This document shows positions 56,257-64,000 of a stretch of DNA of 64,000 nt, piece by piece. The position numbers were made by a program, and so were the translations under genes. Where the stretch lies: contig DCYT01000001.1 in assembly GCA_002331145.1 (NCBI GenBank), forward strand, positions 287,697-351,696, written 5' to 3'. Positions within the stretch are counted from its first letter, which is position 1. Each line of letters begins with the position of its first letter. The notes beneath the pieces were generated by a model. The model had not been told where the DNA came from. It did no database searches and saw only the letters and a program-made list of their open reading frames with translations. This DNA comes from Candidatus Minusculum obligatum (lineage in GTDB: Bacteria; Patescibacteriota; Minisyncoccia; Phycocordibacterales; Phycocordibacteraceae).

Positions 56257-58005
56257 CTACTCAGAGATAACTCGAAGCACTTCTTCAAGTGAAGTTGTCC
56301 CAACAGCGGCTTTGTAAATTCCATCTTCAAGCATTGTAAGCATCTCTTCTTTTCGAGCCTGTGCTTCAAGTCCATCAGTATTGGCGTTTTGCATCATAAG
56401 CTCTCGCATCCCTTCACTCATACGAAGCACTTCATGGATTCCAATTCGTCCTGAGTACCCATCCTCACACTCAGCACTCTTCTCTGGATGATAGAACGTT
56501 AGATCATCAATATCACTTTTTGGCTTCACTAACTTCTCGTCCTTAAGGGACTTAAATGCTGCTTCAAAATGATCTGTTCGCGCAATCTCATCACGCGCTG
56601 CTTTATTTAGCTTGTACTCCTCCTTCTTGTCACAAAGCTTTCGCACCAATCGCTGTCCGATAATTACACGAAGTGTAGATGAGAGCAGGAATCGCTCAGC
56701 TCCCATATCAAGAAGTCTTGGAATAGCACCTGCTGCTGAGTTTGTGTGAAGTGTTGCGAGCACCAAGTGCCCTGTGAGTGCTGCATTGATAGCAAGCTGT
56801 GCTGTTTCTTTGTCTCGGATCTCCCCCACCATGATGATGTCAGGGTCTTGTCGCACAAGAGACCTAAGTCCTGACTCAAAAGTAAGACCAATATGAGGAT
56901 TTACTTGTGTTTGGTTCACGCGAGGCATCTGATACTCAATCGGATCTTCAATAGTAGAGATGTTTACATCCGGAGTATTTAAAATATCTAAAATAGTGTA
57001 GAGCGTTGTTGTCTTTCCAGATCCTGTGGGTCCCGTTACAAGAATAAGACCAGTCTTTTGTCGTGTTGCTTCATGGATTCGCTCCAGATTCTCTCCATGG
57101 AACCCAAGAGTCTCAAGTGAGAAGCCTCCTCCTCCCTCTCGAAGAAGTCGCATCACCACCTTCTCTCCATAAAATGTTGGAAGTGTTGAAACTCGAAAAG
57201 AAACTTTCTCTCCTTCACTATCCATTTTGAATCGTCCGTCCTGCGGAAGACGTTTTTCATCCAGCTTAAGACTTGAAAGCACCTTAATACGAGCTGAGAT
57301 TGAAGGCCCTGCTTCTTTTGGAAGTGTCATCGCATCATGAAGGAGTCCATCTACTCGATAGCGCACCATTACCTCATGCTCAGAAGGTTCAATGTGAATA
57401 TCTGATGCCTTCTGGATGATGGCGTGCTTTAAAAGAGTGTCTACAATACGCACCACCGGAAGATCCTCTGCAATCTTCTTAAGCTCAGCTTCGCTTTTCT
57501 CTTCTCCGTCTTCCTTAATTACCTTCAGCGACTTACTCTCCTTTGAAATAATATCTCCGAACTCTTCTTTAAGGGTTTTTTGATACTGAAGGAGTGCCTG
57601 CTTAATTGAAACATCATCTGTAAGACGAACTCGCACCTTAAGACCAATCTTTTTTCGAATAGTATCGATAGCAGCAAGGTCTTTTGTATCAAGCATCGCA
57701 ACTTCTACCCCCTCTTCTGTTTTGTTATATGCAACAATGTTGTTATTGCGAGCAATAGGTTCTGGAATAAGCGCCAAAAGATCTGGATCAATCTTTTTTT
57801 CTTTCAAATTTACAAAAGGAATACCCAGCACGTACGCACTAATACGCCGAAGATCATTTTCTTCAATTTTTCCTGTAGAAACCAAGACATCTCCCAAAGA
57901 CCTTCCTACTTTTTCAGCTTCTTCTGCAGCTGCATCAACGTCTTTTTTAGAAACAAGTCCTGAGTCTGCAATAAACTCATGGAGCTGACGCTCATCAATT
58001 TTCAT
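56257..58005 (-). CDS. pilB: Type IV pilus assembly ATPase PilB/GspE
   Basis: ASDIHIEP, GPTGSGKTT, RQDPDIIMVGEIRD and TLHTN motifs. Confidence 0.95.
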   Translation of the reverse strand: MKIDERQLHEFIADSGLVSKKDVDAAAEEAEKVGRSLGDVLVSTGKIEENDLRRISAYVLGIPFVNLKEKKIDPDLLALIPEPIARNNNIVAYNKTEEGVEVAMLDTKDLAAIDTIRKKIGLKVRVRLTDDVSIKQALLQYQKTLKEEFGDIISKESKSLKVIKEDGEEKSEAELKKIAEDLPVVRIVDTLLKHAIIQKASDIHIEPSEHEVMVRYRVDGLLHDAMTLPKEAGPSISARIKVLSSLKLDEKRLPQDGRFKMDSEGEKVSFRVSTLPTFYGEKVVMRLLREGGGGFSLETLGFHGENLERIHEATRQKTGLILVTGPTGSGKTTTLYTILDILNTPDVNISTIEDPIEYQMPRVNQTQVNPHIGLTFESGLRSLVRQDPDIIMVGEIRDKETAQLAINAALTGHLVLATLHTNSAAGAIPRLLDMGAERFLLSSTLRVIIGQRLVRKLCDKKEEYKLNKAARDEIARTDHFEAAFKSLKDEKLVKPKSDIDDLTFYHPEKSAECEDGYSGRIGIHEVLRMSEGMRELMMQNANTDGLEAQARKEEMLTMLEDGIYKAAVGTTSLEEVLRVISE

Positions 58006-58100
58006 ATATATAAAATAGCACGGAGGTATACATATATATGTGTGTATTCCCCTAATTAAAAAGCCCCGGACTTTTAGTCCGGGGCACAAGGGTGCTTTCC

Positions 58101-58508
58101 TCAGTTCTTTTCTGAAACAAAAAGAAATGTTCCCCAAGTAAATAATAACGCCGAGACAAAACCAAAGACTGGAGGCACTGAGTACCACCACAATGCAATT
58201 GGCTCGTCCATAATAAAGAAGGCGCGTACAGAAACCAAAGTGTAGAGAAGAGTTTGCGCCACAACAACCACCCCTGTTGTCTGATCTCGATTCTTCCGAA
58301 AACAAAGCGTATAAAGGACTGTTGGGAGCGCCACAGAAACTAACACCATTCCTCCTACTGCGACAAGGACACCTGTTGGCATTGGATCTGACCCATAGTC
58401 AAAAGAGTTCAGAAACAAGATGCTGTCAACGTAGTACATAAGCGCAGCAAACATGCCAGCACCCTGAAGTGCAACGAAAAAGAAAACTATCGCTAAAAAC
58501 CGAAGCAT
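58101..58508 (-). CDS. Four-TM orphan protein
   Basis: AAAGGTG SD; terminator gccccgga...tccggggc downstream. Confidence 0.6.
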   Translation of the reverse strand: MLRFLAIVFFFVALQGAGMFAALMYYVDSILFLNSFDYGSDPMPTGVLVAVGGMVLVSVALPTVLYTLCFRKNRDQTTGVVVVAQTLLYTLVSVRAFFIMDEPIALWWYSVPPVFGFVSALLFTWGTFLFVSEKN

Positions 58509-58644
58509 CACTTCACCTTTGTGCACATTTATGTGCACCCTTTCTGCCATACGGGATACCATATAAAAAGTTAATACTCAAATTAAAAAAGCCGCACATA
58601 CTAGTGCGAATACTTTCGGACAAATACGTGCGGCTTTAATGGCC

Positions 58645-59034
58645 TTAACCGCGAGTTACCAGATTGCGAAACGGAAGTTTCAAGAAGTAGAGAATATCAT
58701 TCCCTGTAGCTTGTAGATACGATTTGAAACGATATGCATACTTGGCACGCGCTAGCGTGAGCCACCTTCCTGGCCATTGCAAGAAGATAAAAATCATCCA
58801 AGCAAATATAATGCCGATAACAGTAGCCCCAAACCAATACGGGCCAACAACACTTTCGTATACAATCGCAGCTGCAAATCCGAAGACGAGCGCAGATACA
58901 AACAGTAGCGTGAGAAACGCTTTTCTCATTCTTCGCTGCATCCCCTCTTCGAGCTCAGAAAGAAGATATTCTTCCCCTTCCTTCCTTTCCTTTTTCCGCT
59001 GTGCGATAACGCGCAGTCGATTAGACATTTTCAT
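58645..59034 (-). CDS. Two-TM orphan protein
   Basis: AGAGGAG SD before ATG 59034; hairpin downstream. Confidence 0.6.
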   Translation of the reverse strand: MKMSNRLRVIAQRKKERKEGEEYLLSELEEGMQRRMRKAFLTLLFVSALVFGFAAAIVYESVVGPYWFGATVIGIIFAWMIFIFLQWPGRWLTLARAKYAYRFKSYLQATGNDILYFLKLPFRNLVTRG

Positions 59035-59121
59035 AAAGAACACTCCTCTGTTAAGACCGCAGGTATTTAACCATACTTAGAAATGCTTGACAACACATAC
59101 TATATCGTTGTAACATCCTCC

Positions 59122-59286
59122 CACTCAAGGAAGTACGTATAGGTGTATCTTCACCAAAATCGGAAAACTGAGTGTCCAGGATGATGTGTGAGCTCCACAC
59201 GAGGTAGACCCTCCGCCACCAGCTCCTTTCCAACTTGGACGGCCCGGTGTTGAGGCGCTTTATTGCGACTCCACCGGGCCTTTTTT
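59122..59286 (+). ncRNA. Candidate multi-stem small RNA
   Basis: TTGACA-18-TAACAT promoter, several complementary stems, terminal hairpin plus T6, no long ORF. Confidence 0.45.
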
Positions 59287-59424
59287 ATAGAGAGAACAAA
59301 CGCGGCACATATATAAGTCAATATACCTACATTGACTTTCTGTAAAAAACCTGTATTATTCCTGTATTGATGACGTCCGCACCCGCGGGCGATTATTTTT
59401 ACAAAAATTGAATAACAATTGAAT

Positions 59425-60705
59425 ATGTTTGACTTAAAAGTAATACAATCTGTTCTTGATCAGTTCGAGGAGGAGAAAAATATTCCTCGAGAAAAGATGA
59501 TTGAGGCAATCGAGGCAGCCCTTGCGACTGCATATAAGAAAGAGTACGGAAAGCGAAATCAAATCGTTCGTGCGACTTTGGATATGAATACTGGAACTCC
59601 TGTATTTGAGCAGGTAAAGCAGGTTGTAGACGAGTCACTCGTATACTTTGATGAAGAAGAGGAGCGCTCAGAAGAAGATGAGCGAAGTTTCTTTGATTCT
59701 GAGAAGCACATTCTCCTAGAGGACGCGAAGCGTATTAAAAAAGATGTAGAGCTTGATTCTGAGCTTACCTTCCCACTTGAAGCACAGGCTGATTTTGGAC
59801 GAATTGCAGCACAAACTGCAAAGCAGGTAATTATTCAGAAGATTCGAGAGGCTGAAAAGGGATCTATCCTTGAAGAGTTTGCAGGACGCGAAGGAGAAAT
59901 CGTATCTGGAACTGTTCAGCGTGTTGAGCGTGGAATGATCTACGTAGATCTTGGACGAACAACAGGAATTATTCCTTTTGAGGAGCAGATTCGAGGTGAG
60001 CGATACCGAACTGGAGAGCGAATTAGAGCTTACCTATACTCAGTTGATGAGGGAGCACGAGGAGTATTCCTTCGTCTGTCACGATCTCACCCTCAGTTTG
60101 TTATTGAGCTGTTTAAGCTTGAGGCACCAGAGCTTGCAAATGGAACAGTAGAGATTAAGGCCATCGCTCGAGAGCCAGGAAGCCGAACAAAGCTTGCAGT
60201 TATCTCAGAGGATGATCATATCGACCCAGTTGGATCTCTTGTGGGACAGCGAGGAGTTCGAGTGTCTACCGTAACAAGTGAGCTTGGAGGAGAGCGAATC
60301 GACATTATCGAGTGGAATGAAGATGAGGAAATGTTTGTAAAAGACGCCCTCTCTCCTGCTGAAGTTGTTTCAGTTGAGATGGATGAGAAAGAGCACAAAG
60401 CGGTTGTAACCGTAAATGAAGACCAGCAGTCTCTTGCTATTGGTCGCGGAGGACAGAACGTTCGTCTTGCAGCTAAGCTAACTGGATGGAGCATTGATAT
60501 TGCCTCAATCGGAGGAGAATCAGTTGCAGAAACTGATGGAAATGAGGTTGAAGTTGCTCCAAAAGAGGAGGAGGCACCTGCTGTAGAAGAAGAAGTTGCC
60601 ACAGAGGAAGAAACTCCAGTTGAAACTGAAGAAACTCCTGAGGAAACTAAGGAAGAAGAAGTAGAGGCTCCAGCTGAGGAGAAGGAGGAAGAGGAGAAAG
60701 CTTAA
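59425..60705 (+). CDS. nusA: Transcription factor NusA
   Basis: FGRIAAQTAKQV, AREPGSRTK and AIGRGGQNVRLA motifs; acidic tail. Confidence 0.97.
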   Translation: MFDLKVIQSVLDQFEEEKNIPREKMIEAIEAALATAYKKEYGKRNQIVRATLDMNTGTPVFEQVKQVVDESLVYFDEEEERSEEDERSFFDSEKHILLEDAKRIKKDVELDSELTFPLEAQADFGRIAAQTAKQVIIQKIREAEKGSILEEFAGREGEIVSGTVQRVERGMIYVDLGRTTGIIPFEEQIRGERYRTGERIRAYLYSVDEGARGVFLRLSRSHPQFVIELFKLEAPELANGTVEIKAIAREPGSRTKLAVISEDDHIDPVGSLVGQRGVRVSTVTSELGGERIDIIEWNEDEEMFVKDALSPAEVVSVEMDEKEHKAVVTVNEDQQSLAIGRGGQNVRLAAKLTGWSIDIASIGGESVAETDGNEVEVAPKEEEAPAVEEEVATEEETPVETEETPEETKEEEVEAPAEEKEEEEKA

Positions 60706-60723
60706 GTGATATAAACTATATAT

Positions 60724-61239
60724 ATGAACTTACTGCATGATATCGAACCAGGAACAGCTGATGAGATGAATGTCATCATCGAAATTCCAAAAGGTTCAAA
60801 AAATAAGTACGAGATTGATAAAGAGACAGGAATGATTGCACTTGATCGTGTGATGCACACCGCTCAGGACTATCCATTTGACTATGGATTCGTTCCTCGA
60901 ACGCTTTGGGATGATGGAGATGCACTCGATGTACTTGTCCTAACCACATACCCACTAGCACCAGGTATTCTTGCTCGGTGTCGGCCAGTTGCGATCCTAA
61001 AAATGATCGATGGAGGAGAAAGCGATGACAAAGTTATCGCTGTCCCAACAGAAGATCCGCGCTTTGATAGCGTAAAAGATCTCTCTGATGTGAACCCTCA
61101 CACCCTAAAAGAAATTGAACACTTCTTTGCTACCTATAAGAAGATTCAGAATAAAGAGGTGCAGACAGACGGATTCAAGGGAGCAGATGATGCAAAAGCA
61201 GCATTTGATCGCGCAGTAGAGCTCTATTCTAAGAAGTAA
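60724..61239 (+). CDS. ppa: Inorganic pyrophosphatase (family I)
   Basis: EIPKGSKNKYE, YGFVPRT and DGDALD motifs. Confidence 0.96.
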   Translation: MNLLHDIEPGTADEMNVIIEIPKGSKNKYEIDKETGMIALDRVMHTAQDYPFDYGFVPRTLWDDGDALDVLVLTTYPLAPGILARCRPVAILKMIDGGESDDKVIAVPTEDPRFDSVKDLSDVNPHTLKEIEHFFATYKKIQNKEVQTDGFKGADDAKAAFDRAVELYSKK

Positions 61240-61350
61240 TACTCCTTAGGGGATATATAACAGCCCGGCATATGCCGGGCTGTTATACTTTATATAGATA
61301 CCCGTATGCATGCGGCGTAGCAATTATAAATATTAAAGATGTATCGATAC

Positions 61351-62124
61351 ATGAAGACAATACAAAAAGTAGCTGGAGCATCACTTGCACTTCTATTTTT
61401 GCTTGGGGGAGCTCCTGCATTTGCACAGGAGACTAACGCCGTATCAGCGGATCGAGATGCTAAGAAGCTAGAGCTTCAGGCAGATCGAGATGCGAAGCGC
61501 GCAGAACTTGAAGCAAAGAAAGCTGAGGCTGTTGAAGCACGAGATGCTAAGAAAGCTGAGGTAGAGGAGATGCGAGATGCGAAAAAAGGCGAGCTTGAAG
61601 AAAAGAGAGCAGAGCTCGAAGCAAATCGTGACGCAAAGAAGGAGGAGTTAGAGGCAAAGAAAGAGGAGCGTACTGCTGCTCGAGAGGAGAAGAAAGCTGA
61701 GCTTCGAGAAAAACTTACCGACCGAGCAAAAGAGCGAATCGGAAAGTACCTTGAGCGAATGACAGCAAAGATGAATGCCATGGCAGATCGTCTGGATCAG
61801 ATTATCGAGCGATTTGAGGCACGTCTTGATGCCATTGAAGCAGAAGGAGTTGATATTAGCGAAGCAGAGCGAGCTATTGCCGCGGCAAAGACTGCTGTAG
61901 CTGATGCTAGAGAGCAAGTACGAGTACTTGCTGCAACTGGAGATGAGCTTATTGCAGCTCTTGATGCAGAAGATGGTGAGCCTCGAGAGGTTCTTGCAAA
62001 GGTGAAAGAAATTGCAAGCACGGCACGAGAAGCACTTAAAGATGCACACGAGTCTCTACGAGAAGCGGTCGAAGCCATTAAAAACCTTAAGCTATCTGCA
62101 AGCGTTCTAAACGCTGTTGAGTAA
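61351..62124 (+). CDS. Secreted coiled-coil protein with RDAKK-x-EL repeats
   Basis: Signal peptide ending AFA; five RDAK(K/R) repeats; all-helical. Confidence 0.75.
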   Translation: MKTIQKVAGASLALLFLLGGAPAFAQETNAVSADRDAKKLELQADRDAKRAELEAKKAEAVEARDAKKAEVEEMRDAKKGELEEKRAELEANRDAKKEELEAKKEERTAAREEKKAELREKLTDRAKERIGKYLERMTAKMNAMADRLDQIIERFEARLDAIEAEGVDISEAERAIAAAKTAVADAREQVRVLAATGDELIAALDAEDGEPREVLAKVKEIASTAREALKDAHESLREAVEAIKNLKLSASVLNAVE

Positions 62125-62125
62125 T

Positions 62126-62500
62126 ATGGACCAAGAACCACAAGCACCTAACCCAGCACCGGAGGCGCCAGAAGCACCAGCACCAAATCCAGCACCAGCT
62201 CCTGAAGAAGGAGCCGCCGGAGGAGGAACAGCACTTCTTGCTCTTGGAGTAATTGTTGTTGTTATCTTGGCTGGAGCATTCTTTATCTTCGGAGATAAGT
62301 ACTCTGGAGCACCAAAAACAGAAGCTGATCTTGAGCAGCAGTTTGATGCTGCAGAAGGAGCAGCTCAGGCTGAAGTAGAAGCAATTACCGCAGTAGAAGA
62401 ATCTACTGCCCTATCATCAATTGAAGCTGACATTAATGAGAGTGATCTCTCAGAACTTGATGCTGAACTTGATGCAATTGATCAAGAGTTTTCAATCTAA
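62126..62500 (+). CDS. Single-pass membrane protein with Pro/Ala-rich N-terminus and acidic C-terminus
   Basis: APNPAP repeats, TM helix; 1 bp after the upstream stop. Confidence 0.7.
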   Translation: MDQEPQAPNPAPEAPEAPAPNPAPAPEEGAAGGGTALLALGVIVVVILAGAFFIFGDKYSGAPKTEADLEQQFDAAEGAAQAEVEAITAVEESTALSSIEADINESDLSELDAELDAIDQEFSI

Positions 62501-62584
62501 AGAAAACCTCTACTCTTTTTAAGAAAAGCGCCAATTGGCGCTTTTCTTGTACTCCACCATACTCCCTGATAGTATGCGAGTACT

Positions 62585-63193
62585 ATGAAAATGGAAAAAG
62601 AAATCAGCAATAATCTCGTACCAATGGTGGTTGAGAAAGGCCAGTATGGCGAGCGAGCATACGATATTTACTCACGACTTCTAAAGGAGAGAATCATCTT
62701 CCTTGGAGGAGCAATTGATAATCACGTTGCCAATCTTGTGGTGGCACAGCTTCTTTTTCTTGAAGCAGAAGACCCAAAAAAGGATATTCAAATCTACATT
62801 AACTCTCCAGGAGGTTCGGTAACTGCAGCACTTGCGATGCTCGATACCATGAACCACATCAAGCCTGATGTTTCTACCGTATGTGTAGGACTTGCAGCAT
62901 CAGCTGGAGCAGTTCTTCTTGCAGCAGGTACAAAAGGAAAGCGATTTGCACTCCCTAACGCAGAAGTTATGATCCACCAACCATGGGGAGGTGTTGAGGG
63001 ACAAGCAAGTGATATTGAAATTACTGCAAAGCACATCCTTTCAACTCGAGACAGGCTTAACAAGATCCTCGCAGATGCTACAGGACAGCCTCTTGAGAAG
63101 ATTGCAACTGATGTAGACCGAGATTTCTTCATGACAGCAGATGAAGCGAAGAAATATGGGCTTGTCGACAAGGTACACAAGAGCAAGTCATAG
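62585..63193 (+). CDS. clpP: ATP-dependent Clp protease proteolytic subunit
   Basis: [26 protein letters not shown] and MIHQP motifs. Confidence 0.97.
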   Translation: MKMEKEISNNLVPMVVEKGQYGERAYDIYSRLLKERIIFLGGAIDNHVANLVVAQLLFLEAEDPKKDIQIYINSPGGSVTAALAMLDTMNHIKPDVSTVCVGLAASAGAVLLAAGTKGKRFALPNAEVMIHQPWGGVEGQASDIEITAKHILSTRDRLNKILADATGQPLEKIATDVDRDFFMTADEAKKYGLVDKVHKSKS

Positions 63194-63249
63194 TTTTATC
63201 TCCATATTGAGAAACAGCGCTTACCTAAGCGCTGTTTTTTATACTTTCA

Positions 63250-63293
63250 TTTCAACTACGTAGTTAATTACGTAATTAACTACGTAGTTGAAA
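63250..63293. repeat. Nested perfect palindrome, copy 3
   Basis: Identical 36-bp core at 63254-63289, extended by TTTC/GAAA to 44 bp. Confidence 0.97.
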
Positions 63294-63298
63294 AATGA

Positions 63299-63637
63299 TC
63301 ATTCTCGATAGCGAGAAGCAATTGCCGTCCAATTAACTTCCTCCTCTCCTACATCGTGGCAGATGAGTGCTCCCCTATCTTGCTCACAAATGCGCGAGCC
63401 CTCAGGCAGGCCATCAACGGTGCCATCTGGAAATATGACTTTGAGTGCTTCGCCTTCAAAATCGATCCAAATGTATCCGTAGATCCCATCTGCTCGCTGA
63501 ACCCTTCCAGGCCAGCAGCCTAGAGAACCATCATCCTTTCTTTCACAAAAGTGTCCGGTTTCTCTCTCGACACGCTCTGCAAAGCTTGGGGTATCTTCTA
63601 GGGTGAGAATAAACATCATTACTGTAAGAACAAGCAT
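63299..63637 (-). CDS. Cys-containing orphan with hydrophobic N-terminus
   Basis: AGGAGG SD; two C-x(5-8)-G-x-L-x-C-like hairpin repeats. Confidence 0.6.
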   Translation of the reverse strand: MLVLTVMMFILTLEDTPSFAERVERETGHFCERKDDGSLGCWPGRVQRADGIYGYIWIDFEGEALKVIFPDGTVDGLPEGSRICEQDRGALICHDVGEEEVNWTAIASRYRE

Positions 63638-63709
63638 TGGCTTTTCCTCCTACCTATATAATACCGCACAAAAAGTAGCCGTTACCCACCTGGGTAACGG
63701 CTATACAAT

Positions 63710-64000
63710 TCAGAGATCAATCCCGCCACATTGAGCAGGAGCAACGACACCTTGCTGCAGAGCATCACGGCGTCCAGCTGCATAGCCTTCTGCCTGACCA
63801 ATCCTGCGGCCCATTTGCGCTGCTACCTGCATGCCTGGAACTCCCATGAGAAGACCTTCATATCGGCCAAGATTCATGAGTGACTCAAGGCGTGAAAATT
63901 CTTCATCTCCAGGATAGACAATATCCACGACATCGAGAGGGCCAGTAATATGGCCTTGCTGCTCATAATCGATATACCAGTACTCGTTTGCAGAGACCTG
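63710..64000 (-). CDS. C-terminal part of a hypothetical protein (start lies beyond the window)
   Basis: Frame is open from 63710 to the window edge; followed by the hairpin tagccgttaccca...tgggtaacggcta. Confidence 0.5.
   Translation of the reverse strand, partial: QVSANEYWYIDYEQQGHITGPLDVVDIVYPGDEEFSRLESLMNLGRYEGLLMGVPGMQVAAQMGRRIGQAEGYAAGRRDALQQGVVAPAQCGGIDL

Noticed and set aside
61256-61287. 32-bp perfect palindrome after ppa, and a 28-bp one at 62521-62548
   Set aside because: Single-copy GC-rich stems right after stop codons; ordinary intrinsic terminators unrelated to the nested element.
61440-61710. DNA repeats in the secreted coiled-coil gene as a VNTR or diversity-generating target
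   Set aside because: The repeats are degenerate and codon-phased, explained by protein-level RDAKK repeats; no reverse transcriptase is nearby.
3482-63293. 36-bp repeat as a CRISPR repeat
   Set aside because: The copies are isolated and tens of kb apart, with no spacers and no cas genes.

Overview
A 64-kb chromosomal segment from a reduced-genome bacterium, most likely Patescibacteria/CPR (Parcubacteria-like). That assignment is inferred from the missing rpmD in the spc block, tRNA-Ile(UAU), type IV pilus and competence genes, cohesin/dockerin surface proteins and minimal metabolism. Core content: the str-S10-spc ribosomal protein cluster (rpsL to secY-adk-map, minus strand), infC-rpmI-rplT, smpB, tmRNA, two tRNAs, ftsH, recG, recJ, rnhA, nusA, clpP, pgk, tpiA, pil genes, comF and a split comEC. 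Unexplained structure: (1) an identical 36-bp nested palindrome made of three tandem 12-bp palindromes at three loci, two of them touching competence genes; (2) about 18 short, mostly orphan gene cassettes with strong Shine-Dalgarno sites and usually their own promoter and terminator, inserted among core genes that are leaderless or SD-less, including one carrying an FtsZ C-terminal peptide, one ADP-ribosyltransferase-like protein, two tandem paralog pairs and one apparently empty cassette; (3) two candidate structured ncRNAs and a shared hairpin plus U-tract leader on ribosomal sub-operons. No CRISPR array, rRNA, integrase or transposase was seen. All calls were made by eye without database searches.
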